Below the pieces are notes generated by a model. That model saw only the letters and a program-made list of their open reading frames with translations. It was not told where the DNA came from and made no database searches. The translations under genes and the position numbers were made by a program. This document shows, piece by piece, positions 41,864-51,207 of a stretch of 64,000 nucleotides of DNA (the first letter of the stretch is position 1; each line of letters starts with the position of its first letter). The stretch lies in NCBI GenBank assembly GCA_965277285.1, contig OZ255721.1, positions 2,976,001-3,040,000 on the forward strand, given 5' to 3'. Source of the stretch: Abditibacteriaceae bacterium. GTDB lineage: Bacteria > Armatimonadota > Abditibacteriia > Abditibacteriales > Abditibacteriaceae.

Positions 41864-42676
41864 TTAACCCAATTCGCCGGCTTCCCAGCTCAAAACCGAG
41901 ACCGCCACCAAAGCCGCCGTTTCCGTGCGCAAAATCGAGCGTCCCAAACCGACACTTTCCACGCCGTAACGATCAGCCCATTCGCGCTCGCGCTCTGTCC
42001 AGCCGCCTTCCGGCCCCACCAAAAGCATCACGCGACGCGGCGTTTCTTCTTCCCTTTCGCCGTTTCGAGTACTCGATTCACCACTTTCAAGCAAAGGCTC
42101 GCGCTGCAAGGCTTGTCGCAAAGTTTCGCTGCCGCCGCGCTCGTCCAGCATGAAACACCGCGAATTGCTGGTGCCGTAATCAACCGCAGTGGCGAATTCG
42201 CACGGCGCGTGAACAATTGGAAGATCGGCGCGACCGCATTGCGCGCACGCGTTCTGCACGATTTTACGCCAACGTTCGCTGCGCGCATCGACGCGCAATT
42301 CGTCATCAAAGGTCGGAACGCTGCGCGCAGCTAAAAGCGGCCAGAACTCTCGAACGCCCAGTTCGGTGCCTTTTTGCAAGACGAACTCCATCTTTTCACC
42401 TTTAGGAACCGCCTGCGCGACAGAAATGTGCAAGCGCTGCGCGCGTTCTTCGGTCACTTCGTTCAAAATCGCGGCGCGCACACTTTTGCCGGTTTCGTTA
42501 ACGTGGGTCAGAACGCATTCCCATTGACCGCCCAAACCATCGAAAGCGACAAAGATTTCGCCCGAAGTCAGGCGCAAAACGCGCGTCAATTTTTTCGCTG
42601 TGTCAACGTCGAGATCGAACTCTTCGCCGCGAAGTCCAGGTTCGAGAAGGGCAGAGGAAAGGTAAACGCGAGGCAT
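41864..42676 (-). CDS. rsmE: 16S rRNA m3U1498 methyltransferase
   Basis: RVLRL, QKGTELGV, ACAQCGR, VGPEGGW, LGRSILRTETA. Start MPRVY at 42676. Confidence 0.93.
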   Translation of the reverse strand: MPRVYLSSALLEPGLRGEEFDLDVDTAKKLTRVLRLTSGEIFVAFDGLGGQWECVLTHVNETGKSVRAAILNEVTEERAQRLHISVAQAVPKGEKMEFVLQKGTELGVREFWPLLAARSVPTFDDELRVDARSERWRKIVQNACAQCGRADLPIVHAPCEFATAVDYGTSNSRCFMLDERGGSETLRQALQREPLLESGESSTRNGEREEETPRRVMLLVGPEGGWTEREREWADRYGVESVGLGRSILRTETAALVAVSVLSWEAGELG

Positions 42677-42716
42677 AAACGCAGTGTACAATTGAATTGA
42701 GTACTCGATTGCTGAA

Positions 42717-42997
42717 TTAGTAACGAAACCACGCCTCGTCGCCTTCAACGTTGAGCAAAACTCAGTGATGACTTGTCCGGTATCGGTATCTTTCAGGCGC
42801 AAACCCAGTGCGTCTATTTTGTCATCGAGAATTTCGTCGTAGCCATTTTGCGCTTGTTCGTCAAACAACGGTTTGACATCCGCGAAAGCTGCTGTCGGCT
42901 CGAAGCGACAACAAAACCAAGGCTGATCGGTTTCATACCAACGCAAGGTCGCCAGAATTGTTTCGCCTTGCAGCAACTGGAAACTCTCAAAGGCCAT
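42717..42997 (-). pseudogene. Small hypothetical gene with a 1-nt frameshift that fuses it to rsmE in the ORF track
   Basis: Adding one T to the T4 run near 42757-42760 gives ...ITEFLLNVEGDEAWFRY* with a stop at 42717-42719. Confidence 0.55.
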
Positions 42998-43000
42998 GAT

Positions 43001-43981
43001 TCAACTTTTTCCAAACACAAACGCGGTCCATTGTTCGATGTAATCGCCGCGCGCTTCGCCGTCTTCTTCGCGTTTGTGTTGCGTTTGGAAACCAACCTGG
43101 TGCATCGTGTTTTCGACTTCATCAGCGCGCGGGCTGGAAATGCCGGAAACGATCAACGTTCCATTATCGAGTACTCGATTGAATAATTGTGGCGCTAATA
43201 AAATCAATAAATCGCTCATCAGGTTGGCGACGACGAGCGGGAATTGCTCGTTTGTCCAATCGGCGCCTGCCGCTTCGACGACCTTGATTTTGTCGGCGAC
43301 ATCATTCATTTGCGCGTTGTCGCGCGTGGCTTGCGTGCAGAAATGATCGAGATCGGAAGCGACGACTTGCGCGCCCAATTTCGCGCACGCGATGCTCAAA
43401 ATGCCGCTGCCGCAACCGACATCGAGAACTCTATCAAGGATGCGATTAGGCATCGGTTCGCCCTGAAATTGCTCTCCCAAAAGTTCAAGACACATCTTCG
43501 TCGTCGGATGTTGTCCGGTCCCAAACGCCAAACCCGGATCGAGGCGAATCACAATCGAGCTGTCTTCGACTTCTTCATGCGCTTCCCACGGCGGCGCAAT
43601 CAGAAACGCGCCAATGTGCAACGGCGGAAAATTTTCGCGCCACGAATTCGCCCAATCTTCTTCGTGCAATTTCTTGGTGGCAATTTGAGCATCGATTTGT
43701 CCGCGCGCGAAAGTGTCTTTCAGTTCGTTTTGCAAGGTTGCGGCGTCGTATTCTGGCGCGAAATAGGATGTAATAAGAGCCTTGTCGCGCGGTACGATCT
43801 GCGCGTCTTCGCTTTGGTCGAAAAGTATTTTTGTGTCTTCGGTTTGTACGCCTGCGCCACCGGCGTCCAGCAAAAGTTCGGCGACAACTTCAGCGTCTTC
43901 AAGCGCACACGTCACTTCGATTTGCGTCCAGGTTGTGGCGTTGGCGGTTGGATCTTCGGTCTTCGAGTACTCGATATTCAT
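43001..43981 (-). CDS. prmA: Ribosomal protein L11 methyltransferase
   Basis: EEDWANSWR, LDPGLAFGTGQHPTT, VLDVGCGSGIL, VVANL. Confidence 0.95.
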   Translation of the reverse strand: MNIEYSKTEDPTANATTWTQIEVTCALEDAEVVAELLLDAGGAGVQTEDTKILFDQSEDAQIVPRDKALITSYFAPEYDAATLQNELKDTFARGQIDAQIATKKLHEEDWANSWRENFPPLHIGAFLIAPPWEAHEEVEDSSIVIRLDPGLAFGTGQHPTTKMCLELLGEQFQGEPMPNRILDRVLDVGCGSGILSIACAKLGAQVVASDLDHFCTQATRDNAQMNDVADKIKVVEAAGADWTNEQFPLVVANLMSDLLILLAPQLFNRVLDNGTLIVSGISSPRADEVENTMHQVGFQTQHKREEDGEARGDYIEQWTAFVFGKS

Positions 43982-44013
43982 TGGTTGTTTAGGTAATAGC
44001 TCAATCGGTAAAA

Positions 44014-44301
44014 TCAGACAACGAACCCAAAGCGTAAGCGATGGGCTTAAGTAACCAATGGTGCGGGTCTACCTTGTGCCTGCGAGTAAACTCGCGGCTC
44101 GTCCCGTTTCACGCAACAAAGTTGACCTTCGCCGACTAAACACTTCCGGCTTGGAGTCGGCGCAGGCCGACTTTGTCCTCCGTAAGAGGCTGAGCCGCGA
44201 GTTCACTCGCAGGGCAACTGCAACCCGCACCACTGCTTAAGTAGCAATTATATTTGACTGCTACTTAAGCCCGTCGCTTACGCTGCGGGTTCGTTGTCTG
44301 A
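44014..44301. mobile_element. Family B palindrome with a family C MITE-like element nested inside
   Basis: Outer TCAGACAACGAACCC...GGGTTCGTTGTCTGA, inner CCTGCGAGT.AACTCGCGGCTC...GAGCCGCGAGTTCACTCGCAGG, and GCTTAAGTA duplicated on both sides of the insert. Confidence 0.8.
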
Positions 44302-44304
44302 CAA

Positions 44305-45798
44305 TTATTGTGGAGCAATCTTTTCAACTGTTGAAGGGTTAGCGTTTTCCTGGGCGCGTTCTTCGAGCACGTTTTGGATGATGTCGACGATTTGCGTATC
44401 GAATTGCGAACCGGCGCAGCGTCGTAATTCGACCAGAGCGTCTTCGGGCGAAACGGCGTTGCGATAAGGGCGCGGCGAAGTCATGGCGTCGTAGGCATCG
44501 ACCACGCTGATAATGCGCGCGGCGGGGTCGATTTCTTCACCGCGCAAGCCATCAGGATAACCACTGCCATCCATTTTTTCGTGGTGATGCATAATAATCG
44601 GCGCGATATTTTCCAGCGAACGCACGCGGCTGACTAAATCGTGGCCAATCATCGAATGGCGTTGAATGACTTGGAACTCTTCGGGCAACAAATGTCCGGG
44701 TTTAAGCAAAATGCCGTCGGGAATGCCGATTTTGCCGATGTCGTGCAGCAACGCGGCGTAACGAATCGTTTCCAGTTCGTCTTTGTTCCAGCCCAAGTGT
44801 TGCGCGATGCGCACGGCGATTTCCGCCACGCTTTCGCAATGACCACGCGTGTAAGGGTCTTTGACTTTGATGGCGTCCGCCAGCACCGCAATAGTTGCCA
44901 GAAAGCTTTCCGCCAGTTCGCTATGCAAGCGGTTATTTTCCAGCGCGATTCCGGCGTGATTGCCGATGGAAAGCAGCAGTTCGGTGTCTTCGTCGGTGAA
45001 GTCGCCACTGCGCTTGTTGGCGACCAGCAAAACGCCTTTCATATTGCCCTGAACCGCGACTGGCAACGCCGCCAAATTGACCAGATGCACGCCGTCGGGC
45101 AGGTTTTCGCTATCGTTGCGCACCAGCGGCGCTTCTGATTGTGCGACCTGATGCGTGAATCCATAAAGCGCCTTGCTGACGATTTCGGGCAAATTGTCCA
45201 GACCAATGTCGGCCAGCGTTTTATCGCCGCTGCTATCGACATAAAGCCCGACTTCGGCGTCCGTCAATTTGACGCCGATGCGCAAAATCAAGGATGGCAA
45301 ATCTTCCGCGCGCAAATCACGGTAAAGCTCCATCAGTTCCTGCTGAATCGCGTTTTTCTGCGCCGTTTGCGCTGTCACTTGCGCTTCGAGTACTTGATTG
45401 CGCTCGTGACCTTCTTCGCACTTTTTGCGACTTTGCTCACACTCAGCGCGGCTTTGTTCGCATTCGTGTCGGCTTTGCGTGCAGTCGTCGCGCCATTGGT
45501 CGCGCTCGCCCTGTAAATGCTCGTGCTCGGCAGACAATCCCGCATATTTGTCGTTCAGGTGTTGATGTTGAGAGTTCAGGTTTTGATGTTCGACGTTCAA
45601 CTGTTGATGTTCGGCGTGCAGTTGCGCGTGTTTCGCTTCCATTTTTGACAGAGCGGCCTGCGCTTGGTCGAGTTGGTTTTGCAGCGCGTTTTGCCAATCG
45701 AGTACTCGAACGCGCGCCTCTTCCAGAATGACGGCGGGATTATCGCCATCCATTGTGTATTTTGTGCTGACTCCGCCTTGAGAAATTTGCTCCGCCAT
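44305..45798 (-). CDS. Coiled-coil + GAF + HD-GYP c-di-GMP phosphodiesterase
   Basis: KDPYTRGH, LLHDIGKIG, HHEKMDGSGYP, VDAYDAMTSPRPYR, and GAF motif NKRSGDFTDED. Confidence 0.92.
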   Translation of the reverse strand: MAEQISQGGVSTKYTMDGDNPAVILEEARVRVLDWQNALQNQLDQAQAALSKMEAKHAQLHAEHQQLNVEHQNLNSQHQHLNDKYAGLSAEHEHLQGERDQWRDDCTQSRHECEQSRAECEQSRKKCEEGHERNQVLEAQVTAQTAQKNAIQQELMELYRDLRAEDLPSLILRIGVKLTDAEVGLYVDSSGDKTLADIGLDNLPEIVSKALYGFTHQVAQSEAPLVRNDSENLPDGVHLVNLAALPVAVQGNMKGVLLVANKRSGDFTDEDTELLLSIGNHAGIALENNRLHSELAESFLATIAVLADAIKVKDPYTRGHCESVAEIAVRIAQHLGWNKDELETIRYAALLHDIGKIGIPDGILLKPGHLLPEEFQVIQRHSMIGHDLVSRVRSLENIAPIIMHHHEKMDGSGYPDGLRGEEIDPAARIISVVDAYDAMTSPRPYRNAVSPEDALVELRRCAGSQFDTQIVDIIQNVLEERAQENANPSTVEKIAPQ

Positions 45799-46029
45799 CA
45801 CCGAACTCCTGAACAACTTTAAGATTCGCTTATGCGCATCGGCTTTCGTGCCACAAACTGGCCAAATAACGTTGTGTACCACACAAAACGGAAAAGGCCG
45901 CGCGACCTTTTCCGTTTTGCATTGTGAAAACTGGTTTTGAGTGATGCCAGTTTGATCGAACAAATGATGGCAGCCGCTCCTTTCCTTCTGAGGCGGCTGC
46001 CATAACAACGGTTCTTTAACCTCTTCGAT

Positions 46030-46641
46030 TTAACCGGCTTGCGCGAAACGCTTGTTCACTTCGTCCCAGTTGACGACGCTCCACCAGGCTTCGAGATATT
46101 TCGGGCGCAGGTTCTGATATTTCAGGTAATACGCGTGTTCCCACACATCGTTGCCCAAAATTGGGTAAACGCCTTCCATCAGCGGGTTGTCCTGATTTGG
46201 TGTGCTGGTGATTTGCAATTTGCCGTCGGTGCCTTTGGTCAGCCAGACCCAGCCGCTGCCGAAACGCTTGGCGCCCGCTTCGCCGAACTGCTTTTTTAGC
46301 GTTTCAAAATCGCCGAACGATTCTTTGATGGCGTCGGCAATCGCGCCGGTCGGTTCGCCGCCACCGTTTGGCCCCATGATTTCCCAGAACATCGAGTGGT
46401 TGACGTGACCGCCGCCATTGTTGCGCACGGCGGCGCGGATTTCTTCAGGCACGGCGTTCAAATCGCGGATCAGTTCTGCGGCGCTTTTGCTGGCCAGGTC
46501 GGGCGCTTTTTCCAGCGCGGCGTTGAGGTTGTTGACATAAGTCGCGTGATGTTTGTCGTGATGCAGGTGCATCGTTTCTTCGTCAATGGTGCTGCTGAGC
46601 GCATCGTAAGCGTAAGGCAAGGGCGGCAGTTCGTGAGCCAT
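46030..46641 (-). CDS. sodA: Mn/Fe superoxide dismutase
   Basis: [34 protein letters not shown]. Confidence 0.96.
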   Translation of the reverse strand: MAHELPPLPYAYDALSSTIDEETMHLHHDKHHATYVNNLNAALEKAPDLASKSAAELIRDLNAVPEEIRAAVRNNGGGHVNHSMFWEIMGPNGGGEPTGAIADAIKESFGDFETLKKQFGEAGAKRFGSGWVWLTKGTDGKLQITSTPNQDNPLMEGVYPILGNDVWEHAYYLKYQNLRPKYLEAWWSVVNWDEVNKRFAQAG

Positions 46642-46756
46642 AATCGTTTTCTCCTGAAGCTGTGAGGAATTGGGTGCGGCGGCGTTCTCTGCGCAAGTGT
46701 CGCGCCGCCATTTATACTATCGTAAATCTACCTGCGCCAGACGAATCGAGTACTCG

Positions 46757-46978
46757 ATGAACGATTTCACAAGCCGATTTTGTCTTCTCGTAGTTTTCGC
46801 CGTTGTCTGGCTCTTCGGTTATGAAGCCCTGCGAAGTCGCCGAGCGCGACGTTACAAAGGGCAAAGTTCACAAACATTTGTGATGGAAGTTGTTTATTTT
46901 GTGGGCTGGCTTTTCTTCATTCTTGCCGTTGTTGGTTCCGTTGCTGTCGATGTTGTAAAACGACTACATTATCATTGA
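46757..46978 (+). CDS. Small 2-TM hypothetical protein
   Basis: The ATG overlaps the last base of the palindrome at 46746. Two hydrophobic segments. Confidence 0.5.
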   Translation: MNDFTSRFCLLVVFAVVWLFGYEALRSRRARRYKGQSSQTFVMEVVYFVGWLFFILAVVGSVAVDVVKRLHYH

Positions 46979-47316
46979 ATGTCCCTCAAACGATTGTTTT
47001 CGATCAAACAGCGGAAGAGAAAGCTGCTGAGTTAAAGCAACTTCGTGAGTTTTGGGTATGGGCATCACCAAGAACTATTGAAGATAACATTGAGGAAATT
47101 GTGGCGGAGGAACACACGATTTCGCGCGATGAAGTTCACGACGATTTGGATTTCTGGAAAGACTTGGACGATTCACTCGATTTCGTCGAACTCATCATGC
47201 GCTGCGAAGAAGAGCTCTCGTTCGAGTTTCCCGACGAAAACGTTGCTGCGGAAAACATCAACACCGTCCGCGATTTGAAAAACTACATTTTGAGAAAACT
47301 CGGCAAAACAACGTAA
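46975..47316 (+). CDS. Acyl carrier protein-like with N-terminal extension
   Basis: DLDDSLDFVELIMRCEEE...FPDE..AENINTVRD (DSL phosphopantetheine motif). Confidence 0.8.
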   Translation: MNVPQTIVFDQTAEEKAAELKQLREFWVWASPRTIEDNIEEIVAEEHTISRDEVHDDLDFWKDLDDSLDFVELIMRCEEELSFEFPDENVAAENINTVRDLKNYILRKLGKTT

Positions 47317-47330
47317 ACGGAGAAACAGTA

Positions 47331-47834
47331 ATGACAAAGCAAAAGTTCAAACCGATGTTCTGGGTTTTGTGGGCAGTTCTCACAGTTGCGTTCGTCGTTA
47401 TGCTTCAAGGTTGGGTGGATCGTCTTTATCCATTTGAGAATTCGCTGATCTATGTTCTGCTCGTTGCGTTTCTTTACGCAGCATTGATCGCTACCAAAAT
47501 CGGTGAAAAGTTGAAGTGGGTCGAAAAGTATTACGATCCAAATCCGCAAGTTATTTATCGGTCTAAGCCAGGCGATGTCTTGTTTTTTTATTTTTGCGTA
47601 GTCGTTTTGTGTATTCTGCTCAACATCGTAATTGACAGTTTAGTGCATCGCATCCCCTTCTTTTATACCCACATAAGAAAAAATGAGGGTGGCACATTCC
47701 TTTTATACAGCTACATCTTATACAGCTACATCTTATCGTGGTTAATCGCTCGCAAAATTGCGCATAAAAAAGGTTGGCTTGTCGCGCAACCGATTGAAAC
47801 CAAAACCAAAACGAACACAAAGGAGCAATCCTGA
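47331..47834 (+). CDS. Hypothetical membrane protein
   Basis: Four hydrophobic segments, AT-rich. Confidence 0.6.
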   Translation: MTKQKFKPMFWVLWAVLTVAFVVMLQGWVDRLYPFENSLIYVLLVAFLYAALIATKIGEKLKWVEKYYDPNPQVIYRSKPGDVLFFYFCVVVLCILLNIVIDSLVHRIPFFYTHIRKNEGGTFLLYSYILYSYILSWLIARKIAHKKGWLVAQPIETKTKTNTKEQS

Positions 47835-47837
47835 ATT

Positions 47838-49097
47838 ATGCAGAAACGAAACTTTTTATTACCTTTGACGGGCGCGGTTGGCGTCGGAATTTTGATTGGC
47901 GCGTGCGCGCGGCAGTTGCCAACATCGAGTACTCAATCGGTGTTGCAGGGCAGCGCGCAGGCGCAAACCACGACACAAACGACGGCGCTGAACAACAATG
48001 TCAGTACGGGCAACACGATTGGCAACGCGGCGGAACTGGCGCGGCTTTCGGCGACGTTTGCGGGTTTGGCCAAGCAAGTCACGCCGGCTGTGGTCAACAT
48101 CAACACGCAGCAAGTGATTCCAGGTCGCGTGCTCGAAGACCCGTTTGGCGGCTTGTTCGGCGGCAACGGAACCGTGCGCGAACCGGACCGGCAAGCGCAA
48201 AGCCTGGGTTCGGGCGTCATTGTGGACGCGCGCGGCGTCATCGTCACCAACAATCACGTCATTAAAAACGCCAGCACGATCACCGTCACGTTGAACGACA
48301 GGCGACGTTTCGCGGCCAAATTGGTCGGCACCGATCCCGACACCGATGTGGCGGTCTTGCGCATTGATGTTCCAGGCGGCAATTTGCCGACGATTCCGTG
48401 GGCAGACAGCGACAAAGCGCAAGTCGGCGACATCGTTCTGGCCGTCGGCAGCCCTTTTGGACTTTCCGCCACGGTCACCCAGGGAATTATTTCCGCCAAA
48501 GATCGGCGCGACCTGGACTTGTCGCAGATCGAAGACTTTTTGCAAACCGACGCGGCGATCAATCCGGGCAACAGCGGCGGCGCTTTGATCGACATCAACG
48601 GCAATTTGGTCGGCATCAACACGGCGATTTTGTCGAAGAGCGGCGGCAATCAAGGCATTGGCCTGGCGATTCCGGCGAAATTGGCGCGCAACGTCAGCGG
48701 CCAGATTTTGGCGAACGGCAGCGTCACGCGCGGCTGGATTGGCATTGGCGCCGATGAAATCACGCCCGACCTGGCGCAGAAAATCAATTATACGGGCACC
48801 AGCGGCGTTCTCGTCACGGGCGTTTCGTCGCGCGGCCCGGCAGCCGGATTGCCGTGGGTGCGCGACGGCGCGAACGTAATTGTCAACGTCAATGGTACGC
48901 CGATTGATTCGCCCGGCCAATTGCGCAACATCATTACGGACGCGACGCCCGATTCTACGCTCAAGCTCGATGTCTGGCAAGGCGGTAAAATTAGCACGTT
49001 TTCGGTGCGTGTGGTGCGACAACCCGCGATGGCGATGGTGCCGCCAGCCGCCGATAATTCCGATAGCGGAGACAATGCAGATAACAGCGGCGGTTGA
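47838..49097 (+). CDS. HtrA/DegP-family serine protease (trypsin + PDZ), lipoprotein
   Basis: IGAC lipobox, TNNHVI, TDVAVL, QTDAAINPGNSGG, one PDZ domain. Confidence 0.93.
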   Translation: MQKRNFLLPLTGAVGVGILIGACARQLPTSSTQSVLQGSAQAQTTTQTTALNNNVSTGNTIGNAAELARLSATFAGLAKQVTPAVVNINTQQVIPGRVLEDPFGGLFGGNGTVREPDRQAQSLGSGVIVDARGVIVTNNHVIKNASTITVTLNDRRRFAAKLVGTDPDTDVAVLRIDVPGGNLPTIPWADSDKAQVGDIVLAVGSPFGLSATVTQGIISAKDRRDLDLSQIEDFLQTDAAINPGNSGGALIDINGNLVGINTAILSKSGGNQGIGLAIPAKLARNVSGQILANGSVTRGWIGIGADEITPDLAQKINYTGTSGVLVTGVSSRGPAAGLPWVRDGANVIVNVNGTPIDSPGQLRNIITDATPDSTLKLDVWQGGKISTFSVRVVRQPAMAMVPPAADNSDSGDNADNSGG

Positions 49098-49101
49098 GGA
49101 C

Positions 49102-49282
49102 AATTAACCCAAGTTGCTACCAAGCCCTGCGAGTGAACGCGCGGCTCAACCGCCTGTGGCGGCAGCAACGGCCTGCGCCGACGCAACACGGTAAGCATTG
49201 TGGCGTCGGCGCAGGCCGATCCTTCCAAAGGGCCCCTGAGCCGCAGTTCACTCGCAGGGCTTGGTAGCAACTTGGGTTAATT
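49102..49282. mobile_element. Family C MITE-like palindrome
   Basis: Terminal IR AATTAACCCAAGTTGCTACCAAGCCCTGCGAGTGAAC and its reverse complement. Internal GGCCTGCGCCGAC/GTCGGCGCAGGCC hairpin shared with the 44.1-kb copy. Confidence 0.85.
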
Positions 49283-49315
49283 ATTCTCTCGCCTCTTTTT
49301 CGTAACCATAGCGCC

Positions 49316-50323
49316 ATGTCTTCATTTCACGAACCGTCTTCTCCCGCCAAGTTCGACATCACTGTTTCGGTCGTTTCCTATAACACCGCCGAGTTGCTGC
49401 GCGTTTGCCTGAATGCGTTGCTGGCGCGGCAGCAAGAAGGCGAAGCGACGTTGCAAATCATCGTGGCCGATAATGGCTCGACCGACGGTAGCGTCGAAAT
49501 GATACGCAACGAGTACTCGAACAACGTCGCCGCCGAGAACCCAACTGTCGAATTGATAGAAACCGGCTCGAACCTGGGTTATGGTCGCGCCAATAATCGG
49601 GCTTTCAAGAATGCGCAGGGACGCTATTTTTGTGCTTTGAACTCCGATGCTGAAGTGCAGCCGGGCGCACTGAGCGCTCTCCGCAATTTCTTGGATTGTC
49701 ATCCCGCAGCGGGCGCCGCCGGGCCGCAGCTTTTGTGGCCCGACGGGAAGCCACAAGAGTCGTGGGGCGATGATCCACATTTGAGCGGCATCTTCTGGGA
49801 ACAAACTTTTCTGGGCGCTTTTCGCGGTGCGGTTCGCCGTCTGCTCTTTGGTCGTCTTCAAAAGCGCGGCGACAATTGCGTTCAATTGTTGGACGAGCCG
49901 CGCCAAGTCGACCAGATCAATGGCGCTTGTTTGTTTGCACGCCGCGAAGCATATGCGCAAGTCGGCGGATTTAATGAAATTTTCTTTATGTACGTCGAAG
50001 ATGTGGACATCAATATTCGGCTGCGTGCGGCGGGCTGGGACGTTTTCTTCGTCCCGCAAGCGCGCGTGAAACATCATCTGGGCGCTTCCAGCCGCGATTG
50101 GCGAGCGCGGGCACGCATGGTCGCGTCCTACAACAAAAGTCGCTACTTCTTTTTTGGCCGCGAGAATGCCAGGCGCGCCAACATCGTGAAGTTTTTCGTG
50201 GTGCTGGGTGCGCTCTTGCGCCTGCTGGGTTGGTCGTTTTTGGCTTTGTCACGTCCCGCCGCGCGCGAGAAAATCAAACTGTTCCGCGAAGTGCTGCGCC
50301 AAAGCTGGAAGATGAAGTTGTAA
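49316..50323 (+). CDS. Glycosyltransferase family 2 (WbbL-like)
   Basis: VVSYN, DNGSTDGS, NLGYGRANN, LNSD, FFMYVEDVD. Confidence 0.92.
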   Translation: MSSFHEPSSPAKFDITVSVVSYNTAELLRVCLNALLARQQEGEATLQIIVADNGSTDGSVEMIRNEYSNNVAAENPTVELIETGSNLGYGRANNRAFKNAQGRYFCALNSDAEVQPGALSALRNFLDCHPAAGAAGPQLLWPDGKPQESWGDDPHLSGIFWEQTFLGAFRGAVRRLLFGRLQKRGDNCVQLLDEPRQVDQINGACLFARREAYAQVGGFNEIFFMYVEDVDINIRLRAAGWDVFFVPQARVKHHLGASSRDWRARARMVASYNKSRYFFFGRENARRANIVKFFVVLGALLRLLGWSFLALSRPAAREKIKLFREVLRQSWKMKL

Positions 50324-50392
50324 CCGAGTTATGATCTAAAGCAGCCGTACATTCCTCTGGAGATGGCGGTTGAAATCGAGCACTCGATGGGT

Positions 50393-50935
50393 TCAGGCGG
50401 CGCTTTCCAATGTCGAAAGCGCCACTTTCGATTCGACTTTTTGCCGTGCGATTTCGTTTCGCGCACCGACAATCGCCCCATAAAAGGTGCCGATGACGAA
50501 GCCGCCGAGCATACCCAAAAACCAGGCTGAAGGATTAAAAAATGGTCTGATGTGCATTAGGGGCGCAAAAAGTAGGGTGTCAACGATGGCTGAAACAAAG
50601 CCAAGCACGATTCCAACGGTTGCCAGGAGCCACGACAAACGCAACGCTTTCGAGAAAACTTTTTGCGGCGAAGCGCTAAAACACGCAAAGAAACCCGCAA
50701 TCCCAAAGGCGACGACACCAGCCATAAGCCCACCTCTGATGAGAGCGCCTAAAACTGGATAAAGGTATTTGGCTTGATTGGAAATTCCATTCAAAGAAAA
50801 ATTGAAAAACAAGTAAGTGAGAGCAAAAATTGCAGCGCCAGTCACAACACCAACCAACGCCATACAAAGCGCGCCCGCCACGGCAAACCACAACACGCGC
50901 CCAACTGAACGCAATACGAGATTCGAGGTCATCAT
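50393..50935 (-). CDS. Hypothetical membrane protein
   Basis: Four Gly-rich TM segments. Confidence 0.6.
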   Translation of the reverse strand: MMTSNLVLRSVGRVLWFAVAGALCMALVGVVTGAAIFALTYLFFNFSLNGISNQAKYLYPVLGALIRGGLMAGVVAFGIAGFFACFSASPQKVFSKALRLSWLLATVGIVLGFVSAIVDTLLFAPLMHIRPFFNPSAWFLGMLGGFVIGTFYGAIVGARNEIARQKVESKVALSTLESAA

Positions 50936-51036
50936 GTCTCCAACTTGCGCCTGATGATGGCAAATCTCTCGTCAAGGCGAATATCGCACATCGAGTACTC
51001 GATACCTGAGTAATAGCTCAATTGAGTGAGTCAGTG

Positions 51037-51124
51037 GACAGAACCCCGAGCGTCAGCGACAGGTGAAACGTAACAAATGAATGAACTTTTACGCTTCACC
51101 GTGGCTGACGCTCGGGGTTCTGTC
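51037..51124. repeat. REP-like palindrome family B
   Basis: GACAGAACCCCGAGCGTCAGC...GCTGACGCTCGGGGTTCTGTC, with outer arms GTAATAGCTCA / TGAGCTACTAC. Confidence 0.85.
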
Positions 51125-51207
51125 GTTGATAGGTTCAACCTGCCTCACCACCTGAGCTACTACCGAAACTTGTTTTCGATGGTGTTTTGATTGGCACGCA
51201 ACAAATA

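Noticed and set aside
41864..42997. 377-aa RsmE with a novel N-terminal domain
   Set aside because: Better explained by a frameshifted upstream small gene plus a normal rsmE starting at 42676.
47859..49103. Long antisense ORFs (also 2673-3356, 20771-21619, 54001-54921, 55351-56427)
   Set aside because: They are shadows of well-supported genes on the opposite strand and have no recognisable motifs.
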